From: Acinetobacter sp.
GTDB taxonomy: Bacteria > Pseudomonadota > Gammaproteobacteria > Pseudomonadales > Moraxellaceae
DNA length: 64,000 nt
Direction of reading: 5' to 3'
Assembly (NCBI RefSeq): GCF_041919735.1
Contig: NZ_JAYRTF010000016.1
Span: 14,459-78,458, forward strand
Part shown: positions 29,895-37,416 of the stretch, one piece after another
How the letters are laid out: each line of letters begins with the position of its first letter
Position numbering within the stretch: the stretch's first letter is position 1
Made by a program: the position numbers and the translations under genes
Notes under the pieces: generated by a model
The model's input: the letters and a program-made list of their open reading frames with translations, nothing else
What the model was told of the DNA's origin: nothing
Databases searched by the model: none

Positions 29895-30941
29895 TTAATT
29901 TGAATTAATATCAATACGAGCTAATCGAGTTGGTACATCTAAATATTCATAAATAGCATCAACTTTCTTTATCAAGTTCTTATCGTTAGTGAAGAATAAA
30001 TGACAAAAAGAGGCTATCTGTGCATGCGTAAAATCACTCATCGAACGTTGTACGCCGTTAACTTGATCCAATTTAGTATCTGAATAAAATCCAATAAAAT
30101 TCATCATATTGTAGATCACATTTATTTTTTCATACGTATAAAATTTTCGTCCTTTATTTTTCTCTAAAAGATTAATACTCCAAAAATCATCAATAGTAAA
30201 ATTTTGATACCCTTCTTTGTCCTTATATAAATTCCAAATTTTTTGGACTACATGAGGCGTATTTATATTATTTAGTTGTTTAGCAGAAATTCCCATTTCA
30301 TTTCTAAAAATTTCACTCATTTTATCCTGTTCAGCATTCTGCATGATTATTGAAAGCATTCCTTGTATTGCTTGTTCATAGATTTCTTTCTGATTATATA
30401 TTTCCTCATACATAGCTTCGGCTTTATATCTAAACTGAGGATAATTTTGTAATTCATCTTTAGCTTTCCTCATTTTTTCAAGATTCTTTTCATAGGAAAG
30501 TAAAGCTTCTATTTTAATTTCATCAATATTTTTATTTTTCTGATAACTTAATAAAAATTGATTGTAGATATGTTGATCCCAAAATCCCCACTCTTTTTTA
30601 TTTTCAACATAATTATTAAACCACTGCCTTACAGATGCTTGAGAAATCACACATGAATCTAAAAATTCTAAGTTTCTGTTATAAGCGATCCTTATATGAT
30701 AGGCATGTAACCACTCTAGAATGTTTAAATATTTCTCAAGTGTATTTTCTTTATGTTCTTCTTTTGAATTAAGAAAAGCTTTATAAATTTCACCTAAAGT
30801 CATATCAGAGTATACAACCTGAAAACTTTCTTTTAAGTAAGAATATACCTCATGAGTCGATTCAAAATTTTTAGCAAGTAAATCCAAAACATTTTGATCT
30901 AAATAAGCTAAGGGTTTTCCTGAATATTTTGGTTCGCTCAT
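29895..30941 (-). CDS. AT-rich PIN-like domain protein (putative RNase)
   Basis: N-terminal AYLDQNVLD, LGEI, C-terminal SDFTHAQIASFCHLFFTNDKNL; spot GC counts are mostly 20-30%, well below the flanking genes. Confidence 0.7.
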   Translation of the reverse strand: MSEPKYSGKPLAYLDQNVLDLLAKNFESTHEVYSYLKESFQVVYSDMTLGEIYKAFLNSKEEHKENTLEKYLNILEWLHAYHIRIAYNRNLEFLDSCVISQASVRQWFNNYVENKKEWGFWDQHIYNQFLLSYQKNKNIDEIKIEALLSYEKNLEKMRKAKDELQNYPQFRYKAEAMYEEIYNQKEIYEQAIQGMLSIIMQNAEQDKMSEIFRNEMGISAKQLNNINTPHVVQKIWNLYKDKEGYQNFTIDDFWSINLLEKNKGRKFYTYEKINVIYNMMNFIGFYSDTKLDQVNGVQRSMSDFTHAQIASFCHLFFTNDKNLIKKVDAIYEYLDVPTRLARIDINSN

Positions 30942-31082
30942 ACGATGCTCTTTTTCGTTAATTATTCAATTTACAACCAATAAAAATAATTAAACAATAT
31001 ATTTCTTTAAATTTTATAAAAATATTAAAACCATTTTTTATAGGTATCTACCTAAGCTTCTTTCAACACCTCTCCCTAGCCC

Positions 31083-31236
31083 TCTCCTAAAAGGAGGGAG
31101 AAATTCTTTGTGAACTCTAAGACGGTATTCAATCAGATGGTTTGCGACATGGATGTCGCCCGTTCGTTAGGGACACATGGACGTGCTCTCTAACGAACAA
31201 AGGGGCTTTGTTACTTTTTCCCCGACAAAAGTAAAG
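31083..31236 (+). repeat. 154-bp structured direct repeat, copy 2
   Basis: About 90% identical to 29736-29889, with the same hairpins. Confidence 0.92.
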
Positions 31237-31267
31237 CAAATAACAAAATGATGGTCATCACCGCAAC

Positions 31268-31286
31268 CTTCTCCCGCAGGGAGAAG
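31268..31286. repeat. REP-like hairpin of the CTCTCCC-n3-GGGAGAG type
   Basis: cttctccc-gca-gggagaag. Confidence 0.55.
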
Positions 31287-31330
31287 AAACTTCCAAAAAA
31301 ATCTTTAAAATGCATGCATCAATCACCCAC

Positions 31331-31358
31331 AAAAAAGCCCCTATCACTAGAGGCTTTT
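31331..31358. terminator. Terminator-like hairpin whose arms are the reverse complement of the metG terminator arms
   Basis: aaaaaagccccta-tcac-tagaggctttt. Confidence 0.75.
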
Positions 31359-31372
31359 AATCTTGGCACAAC

Positions 31373-31486
31373 TCAAGCCAGTACAAATTCCCAAATCACA
31401 TAGCCAATCCCAAACCCGAGCAAGGAATATGCCGTAATAATAAAATACACAAAACTTGCTTTGTTTTTCTTTTTCCAGAAACCCAT
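31373..31486 (-). CDS. 37-aa single-TM small protein (below the ORF track cutoff)
   Basis: MGFWKKKNKASFVYFIITAYSLLGFGIGYVIWEFVLA; RBS aggtgg upstream; terminator 31331-31358 downstream. Confidence 0.6.
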   Translation of the reverse strand: MGFWKKKNKASFVYFIITAYSLLGFGIGYVIWEFVLA

Positions 31487-31749
31487 TTCACCACCTAAAC
31501 TGGACAATTTTCACCATGTTAACGCGTATTCAGCCAAAAGTGAAATAGAGCTAAGTTTTTAATTTATAAAATATTTTAAACCTAAAATCAGTTTTTTAAA
31601 TTCTATAAAGTCAATATACAGATTCAAACTATTTATCTAATACAGATGCATCAATTTGCCTGCAAAACTCTAAATGCAAACAGCTTATTCTTCATTTTAA
31701 GCACTTAACATGTTAAAAAAGAAACAACATAACTGCATGAAATACAACA

Positions 31750-32727
31750 ATGAAAAATACCGCCCTTGCCATCTCCATTTCTTTTTTCGCAATCGTTCCA
31801 ATGCTTTCAAATGCTCAAGCAGCCAAAACCCTGCCGATGATTGAACAGCAGCCTCAGGTGGCCGGTTTTTATCAGCATCAAGCAGGAAAAACACAAATCA
31901 CCGCTCTGCTGGATGGCACCAACTATATGTCTCCTGCACTTTTCAAAGGCATTTCCCAAGACAAAGTCCATGAAATATTAAAGAAATATCATGCAGATAA
32001 GGCCCAAGGCGTACAAACGTCTATAAATGCATTTTTAGTGAATAACGGCAAGTCTTTAACCTTGGTCGATAGCGGCGCTGCCAGCTGTTTTGGCGCGCAT
32101 TTGGGTTCCGTACTCAGCAACTTAAAAGCATCCGGCTATAAACCAGAACAAGTCGATACCATTTTGCTGACCCACCTGCATCCCGACCATGTGTGCGGGA
32201 TTAGCAAAAACGGCGCCGCGAACTTTCCCAATGCAACGGTATATGTCTCCAGTGATGAAGCCAACTATTGGCTGAACCCAAAACAAGCCGGCAAAATTGC
32301 GCAGGATCAGCGCGCGAACTATCTAGGCACAGTCAAACATATCAAAGCGGCGCTGGCGCCCTATCAAGCCAAGAAACAATTTAAAACCTTTAAATCAGGC
32401 GACAAAATTGGCGACTTTGAAGTGATCAGCACGGCCGGGCATACACCGGGGCATTTCAGCTACAAGCTGAAAACCTCTGGCGAAGATGTGATCTTTATCG
32501 GCGATATTGTGCATTCGCACACGGTGCAGTTTGATCAGCCGGAAACGGCCATTGAATATGATATTGACCCGAAAGCTGCGGTTCAGACGCGCTTAAAGCA
32601 GTTTGCCGATTATGCGCAGCATGGACAGACCATTGCAGCGCCGCATTTGCCATTTCCGGGCATTGGCCATATTTATTCGGCAGATGGAAAGCACTATCAA
32701 TGGATGCCTGTGCATTTTAAAGACTGA
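31750..32727 (+). CDS. Exported metallo-beta-lactamase-fold hydrolase (methyl-parathion hydrolase / lactonase-like group)
   Basis: Signal peptide; THLHPDH, GHTPGH and GDIVH metal motifs; INAFLV..LVDSG. Confidence 0.9.
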   Translation: MKNTALAISISFFAIVPMLSNAQAAKTLPMIEQQPQVAGFYQHQAGKTQITALLDGTNYMSPALFKGISQDKVHEILKKYHADKAQGVQTSINAFLVNNGKSLTLVDSGAASCFGAHLGSVLSNLKASGYKPEQVDTILLTHLHPDHVCGISKNGAANFPNATVYVSSDEANYWLNPKQAGKIAQDQRANYLGTVKHIKAALAPYQAKKQFKTFKSGDKIGDFEVISTAGHTPGHFSYKLKTSGEDVIFIGDIVHSHTVQFDQPETAIEYDIDPKAAVQTRLKQFADYAQHGQTIAAPHLPFPGIGHIYSADGKHYQWMPVHFKD

Positions 32728-32741
32728 CAGCTCGCCCTACT

Positions 32742-32760
32742 CCTCTCTCGATGGGAGAGG
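32742..32760. repeat. REP-like hairpin between convergent genes
   Basis: cctctctc-gat-gggagagg, the same type as 31268-31286. Confidence 0.55.
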
Positions 32761-32799
32761 AAAACTGAAGGCTAGCGGCAAAATCATTTCATTCTAAAA

Positions 32800-33423
32800 T
32801 CACTTCATCCCAAAGATCAGTTTCAATCCCAGCGCCGTCATCACTGCGCCGGCGGCACGGTCAAACACCGCTTTAAATTTCAAATAGACACGGCGCGGTT
32901 TCTCGGCTGACAGCGCAACCGCCACCAGTGAGCACCAGCCCGCATCAATAAAGAAACATAAGATGGGCAATACAAAATAAAAATAAGTTGGAATTTCTTT
33001 CGGCAACAGTGCGGTAAAAATACTGGCCAGCACAATCGCAATTTTAGGATTGGATAACTGCGTAATCAGGCCTGTAGTAAATGCGTGGCGCAACGACATT
33101 TGCGCAACGGCATCATCTTCGGAATGAATCGGCTCTTTGGCATGTTTAATAATTTTAAACGCCATCCAAAGCAGATATAAGCCGCCGCAAATTTTTAAAG
33201 CCAGATAAGCGGAAGGCACTGCCAATAAAAAGGCCTGCAAACCCAATACCGCCAATAAACCGAAAATCGCCGCGCCCGTTCCGGTACCTAAGGCGGTAAA
33301 CAGCCCATGCTGACGTGAAATTGCAATTGAATTTTTAGCCACATAAATTGATGTCGGCCCAGGACTCATTGCGCCCAGCATTAAAGCAAAAGCGATCGAG
33401 CCCAAAATCCAAAATGATTCCAA
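32800..33423 (-). CDS. LysE/RhtB family translocator
   Basis: MSPGP motif, GLITQLSNPK, several TM segments. Confidence 0.9.
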   Translation of the reverse strand: MESFWILGSIAFALMLGAMSPGPTSIYVAKNSIAISRQHGLFTALGTGTGAAIFGLLAVLGLQAFLLAVPSAYLALKICGGLYLLWMAFKIIKHAKEPIHSEDDAVAQMSLRHAFTTGLITQLSNPKIAIVLASIFTALLPKEIPTYFYFVLPILCFFIDAGWCSLVAVALSAEKPRRVYLKFKAVFDRAAGAVMTALGLKLIFGMK

Positions 33424-33855
33424 GAGTAACCTCTAAATTGAGAGAATTTTAACAGCTGCGATTTTACGCTAAACAGATTTATTGCGATATTCCGTTTTTA
33501 AATTATTTTTCACGTTTTTTCTTTTGACTTTCTCACGCCCTAACCATCATTTATACGTTTCAATGCTAAGTCAAAGGACTGTTTCCCCCAAAAATGCATG
33601 GTAATAAGCTGAAAACTCCGCCATTAGAGCAATTGCTCAAAAGAATATATACCCCAATCACTTAAATAATATTCATTTTTAATAAAAGGACAAATGTGTA
33701 TTAAAAATAACCATCAAGCCCTTATTTTTAATAACTAAATATCATGCATTTCTGGCTTTTCAATTCATACATTTTTCATATATAAAAACACATACTATTT
33801 TTATGGTTTTATTTAATAAACCAGATTTTTCAACTTCTGAAGAATGAGGGTAAAG

Positions 33856-35475
33856 ATGCAAAATAACAAACGCGTAGCGCTAGATGCTCAACAATCGCAT
33901 CTTTGGATCATTGGCGGAGGCATTGCCGGCATGGCGGCCGCCGCATTTGCGATCCGTGATGCAAAAGTTCCGGCAAAAAATATCCATATCTTAGAAGAGC
34001 TCGATGTTTCGGGCGGCGCAATGGACGGCGGGCACACCCCTCATGCAGCGAAAGCTTGGGTGACACGCGGCGGGCGCATGCTGACCGATGAAACCTATCT
34101 ATGCCTTTGGGACTTATTCTCCAGCATCCCCTCTTTAGAAAATCCGGATATTTCAGTGCGTGAAGAATGCCGTGAATTTAATGACAAAGTGAAAACCCAT
34201 GCCAAGGCGCGTTTGATTGATGCTGAGCATGTGATTGCGGACGCCGAAAAACTTGGCCTGAACACCCTGCACCGCGCGCAAATGCTGCGCTTATTGGCGC
34301 TGAAAGAAGAAAAAATCGGCAGCCGCCGTATTGATGAGTTTTTTGATGAGGCATTTTTTGCAACCAATTTCTGGCGCATGTGGCGCACCACTTTTGCTTT
34401 TCAAAAATGGCACAGCGCCGCTGAGTTAAGGCGCTATTTCCTGCGTTTCATTCAGGAGCTGCCGCGGATTCATACCTTGGCAGGCGTAAAACGCACCAAG
34501 TACAATCAATATGATTCAATGATCCTGCCTTTGCAGCGCTGGCTGACAGCGCAAGGCGCCGATATTCGTTTTGGGCATTATGTTACAGATGTGGACTTCA
34601 TTACGAATGCTGAAACTCAAGAGCGCCAAGCCTCGCACCTGTATGTGCAGCTTCCTGAAGGTTCTGAGCAAATCAATCTGAAACCTCATGATTTGGCCAT
34701 TTTCACCTTAGGCTCCATTACCGCAGATACGCGTTATGGCGGCAATCATGACGTGCCCGCCCTCATCCGTGACCGGCAAGACCATGGCTGGACACTGTGG
34801 GAAACGTTGGCGCAAAAAGCCCCGGACTTTGGTCGTCCAATGAGCTTTTATGGCAATGTCGATGAACATAAGTGGGAATCTTTCACGCTGACCATGCAAG
34901 ATGATGCGCTGCTGAAACGCATGATTGACTATACCGGCAATGAGCCGGGCACAGGCGCACTGATGACATGGTATGAATCGGGCTGGCATCTCTCCATTGT
35001 GGTTCCAGCACAGCCGCATTTTGCTGACTTGCCGGCAGGCAGGCATACTTTATGGGGCTATGGTTTCCAAATCGACCAGATCGGCGATTATATTAAAAAG
35101 CCAATGTCTGCAGCCACAGGCCAAGAAATTTTAACGGAACTGGTGAAGCAGTTAGGTTTTGATGACCTTTTGGATCATGTTTTAGCCACGACTGAAGTCA
35201 CCACAGCCATGATGCCTTATGCCTCGGCCCTGTTTGCCTGCCGTAAGCCCGGTGACCGCCCGCAGGTGATTCCGAAAGGTTCGCAAAACTTTGCCTTCCT
35301 TGGACAATTTGTGGAAATTGAAGACGATGTGGTCTTTACCGTCGAATATTCCGTACGCGGCGCCATGCTGGCCATTTATGAATTCTTCGGGGTCGAGCGC
35401 GAAATCCCAGATATCTACAATGGCCTGCTGGACCCGAAAGTAGGCTTGAAAGCCTTGGAAACAGTGTTTCATTAA
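33856..35475 (+). CDS. ohyA: Oleate hydratase (MCRA family, FAD-dependent fatty-acid hydratase)
   Basis: GGGIAGM FAD motif, GGAMDG, RGGRM, FWRMWRTTFAF, YNQYDSMILPL, FTVEYSVR; RBS gaggg before ATG 33856. Confidence 0.9.
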   Translation: MQNNKRVALDAQQSHLWIIGGGIAGMAAAAFAIRDAKVPAKNIHILEELDVSGGAMDGGHTPHAAKAWVTRGGRMLTDETYLCLWDLFSSIPSLENPDISVREECREFNDKVKTHAKARLIDAEHVIADAEKLGLNTLHRAQMLRLLALKEEKIGSRRIDEFFDEAFFATNFWRMWRTTFAFQKWHSAAELRRYFLRFIQELPRIHTLAGVKRTKYNQYDSMILPLQRWLTAQGADIRFGHYVTDVDFITNAETQERQASHLYVQLPEGSEQINLKPHDLAIFTLGSITADTRYGGNHDVPALIRDRQDHGWTLWETLAQKAPDFGRPMSFYGNVDEHKWESFTLTMQDDALLKRMIDYTGNEPGTGALMTWYESGWHLSIVVPAQPHFADLPAGRHTLWGYGFQIDQIGDYIKKPMSAATGQEILTELVKQLGFDDLLDHVLATTEVTTAMMPYASALFACRKPGDRPQVIPKGSQNFAFLGQFVEIEDDVVFTVEYSVRGAMLAIYEFFGVEREIPDIYNGLLDPKVGLKALETVFH

Positions 35476-35497
35476 GGTTTTAATATTTTAATATCTG

Positions 35498-35538
35498 GCG
35501 GTAAAAGCATGCTTTGGTGCTTTTACCGCTTTTTTTTT
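35498..35538 (+). terminator. Intrinsic terminator after the oleate hydratase gene
   Basis: gcggtaaaagca-tgctttgg-tgcttttaccgc followed by T9. Confidence 0.88.
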
Positions 35539-35635
35539 GCAGCATGGACAGGCTGCAAATAACAAAACTGACTTGAAGCTTTGCCTGCACAAATGCAGTA
35601 TAAGAGCTGTCTCAAACTTAAAAAAAAAGCAACCT

Positions 35636-36091
35636 ATGAAACTTGCAGAAGCGCTCCTGCTGCGCAGTGATCTACAAACCAAGCTTGCATCATTGCAGCA
35701 GCGCATCAACAGCAATATCTTAGTGCAGGAAGGCGATGCGCCGAGTGAAGATCCAAATCAGCTGATTCAGGAAGCCACAGCAGTCAATACCGAACTGCAC
35801 GATTTGATTCAGCGCATCCATGCAACCAATGCACAGGCGCAGGCCGCCAGCGGTAAAAAGCTTTTAGCGCTGATTATTGAGCGGGACGCGCTCACCAGCC
35901 AGCACCGCATTTTACAGCAGGCCATTGACAGTTCACGGCGTGAAAACGGCCGCTACAGCTCCAGTGAAATCCGCTGGGTAAAAACCGTGGCGGTGGCGGA
36001 TCTGCAAAAACAGGCGGATGACATCAGCAAGCAATTGCGTCAGAATAATTTAGAAATTCAAGCTTCAAATTGGCAGATCGATTTAATTTAA
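35636..36091 (+). CDS. DIP1984-family coiled-coil protein (151 aa; start moved to MKLAEAL)
   Basis: N-terminus MKLAEALLLRSDLQ, VQEGDAPSEDP, YSSSEIRW and C-terminal LEIQASNWQIDL match the DIP1984 family pattern as I recall it. Confidence 0.85.
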   Translation: MKLAEALLLRSDLQTKLASLQQRINSNILVQEGDAPSEDPNQLIQEATAVNTELHDLIQRIHATNAQAQAASGKKLLALIIERDALTSQHRILQQAIDSSRRENGRYSSSEIRWVKTVAVADLQKQADDISKQLRQNNLEIQASNWQIDLI

Positions 36092-36381
36092 GCATTTGGA
36101 TAGCTCTGTTATACACCTAGATTGTTATATACCTCGATGGCTATGGCACCTATCCATTCCAGTTCGGGCATATTGGGCGAGTGCAAGGCCTTTTCCGCGT
36201 TTGTAAGGCTTTAATTCAACAAACGCTTGCAGGAAGTAAGGCGTCTGCTTCAAATTTTTACACCTCTGACGCAGCACCATGCATCTCTTACTTCTTACAG
36301 ATCACGCCGCACTACCATGCACTGACAATATGCCCACCCTATTGCACATTCAGTATTCAGCCCGCCGCTAAATGATGCGGC
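36092..36381 (+). ncRNA. Candidate structured non-coding RNA directly downstream of the DIP1984 gene
   Basis: Nested perfect helices 36097-36103/36150-36156, 36166-36175/36326-36335, 36180-36185/36318-36323, 36197-36204/36219-36226, 36233-36240/36287-36294 and 36241-36245/36268-36272; no credible ORF. Confidence 0.65.
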
Positions 36382-36409
36382 TTAAGCGGTACAGCTTCAT
36401 TTCAGCCGC

Positions 36410-36601
36410 TTAGTCATGCTGAATTTGATCGGCCAACACCGCTTCATTCTTAGGCATTTTATAGTCCTGATCAGATGCAGGCATGCCGCCGATAATCATT
36501 GTGCGCACTTCTGTTTTCGGCTTGTTTAAATCTTCCTTTGCATCACAGCCTGCCACGCTCAGCAGCAGGCACGCCATTATGGCTGCGGATAAAATTTTCA
36601 T
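36410..36601 (-). CDS. Small lipoprotein
   Basis: Lipobox VAGC after a hydrophobic signal; 63 aa. Confidence 0.7.
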   Translation of the reverse strand: MKILSAAIMACLLLSVAGCDAKEDLNKPKTEVRTMIIGGMPASDQDYKMPKNEAVLADQIQHD

Positions 36602-36801
36602 CCTATCCCCTCCATGTTTATCCTTATGCCTTTCAGCATAGCACTGCTGTATAAATTTTCACCTTAAATTTCGCATTTGGATATCCATTTCACGCGCAGC
36701 AGATCCTCATAAACCTTAATGCATATTTTTCAAAATCTTAAGATCAATTTAAAATTGCTTGATGGATAAATTTACAAAAAACCACAATGCAGAATATTTA
36801 C

Positions 36802-36821
36802 AACGGACATTTTTGTCCGTT
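36802..36821. promoter_or_regulatory. Candidate TetR operator
   Basis: Perfect palindrome AACGGACA-tttt-TGTCCGTT, 34 bp upstream of the tetR start and next to a TTTACA -35-like hexamer. Confidence 0.65.
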
Positions 36822-36855
36822 AAATACTGCCTATCCCGTTTAAAACCAGAACACT

Positions 36856-37404
36856 ATGTCACTTCGCCAAGAACGCGCCGCGCAAAACCGTGAGGAACTG
36901 CTGGCCGCTGCAATCCGTATTTTCCGCAGCCATGGCATTAATGCGCCGCTGCAGCTGATTATTGATGAAGCGCAAGTTGGCCGGGCAACCTTTTACCGCA
37001 ATTTTTCAGACCGCCGCGAGCTGGTGCTGGCGCTGATGGAACAGGCCTTAGACCGCTTGGAAAACCGTGCGCGCAATCATTCGCAATATCAAGACGGCTT
37101 TATCCGCCTGATTCAAGACCATATTCACAACATTCCCTATCTGACTGCCCTGATGGAATATTGGCGGGTGATAGATCGGGATGACCCAGCCATGGTGCAG
37201 ATCTACCAGCGCCGCGATCAGATTCTGCAGCCGCTGATTGATACCGCCATTGCCAATGGCACCTGCCGCAGCGATTTCAGCCCGCGCGACTACACCATGG
37301 TGACCTCGATTTTGCGGGCCGCGCTGCAAGGCTATACCGATGCCGATCAGGAAAAACTGGCGGCGCGCGCCGTGGATTTATTACTGAACGGCATCCGCCC
37401 ATAG
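36856..37404 (+). CDS. TetR/AcrR family transcriptional regulator
   Basis: N-terminal HTH IIDEAQVGRATFYRNF. Confidence 0.93.
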   Translation: MSLRQERAAQNREELLAAAIRIFRSHGINAPLQLIIDEAQVGRATFYRNFSDRRELVLALMEQALDRLENRARNHSQYQDGFIRLIQDHIHNIPYLTALMEYWRVIDRDDPAMVQIYQRRDQILQPLIDTAIANGTCRSDFSPRDYTMVTSILRAALQGYTDADQEKLAARAVDLLLNGIRP

Positions 37405-37416
37405 CAAGGATAGACC

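Noticed and set aside
29736-31236. Long repeats as a CRISPR array or IS ends
   Set aside because: Only two copies, 154 bp long, in direct orientation, with a full gene between them. No cas or transposase gene and no clear target-site duplication.
35537-35635. N-terminal extension of the DIP1984 ORF, and A9/T9 runs as possible phase-variation tracts
   Set aside because: The extension starts inside the upstream terminator U-tract and the family begins at MKLAEAL. The T-run is the terminator tail and the A-run is a plausible A-rich leader.
36181-36375. 64-aa ORF in the track overlapping the candidate RNA
   Set aside because: GTG start without an RBS and no protein-like features; the extensive base pairing explains the region better.
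36668-36695. ATTTCGCATTT resembles the XerC arm of a pdif site, of interest because plasmid DIP1984 homologues occur in pdif modules
   Set aside because: There is no XerD arm (TTATGTTAAAT-like) 6 bp away, and no second site on the other side of the gene.
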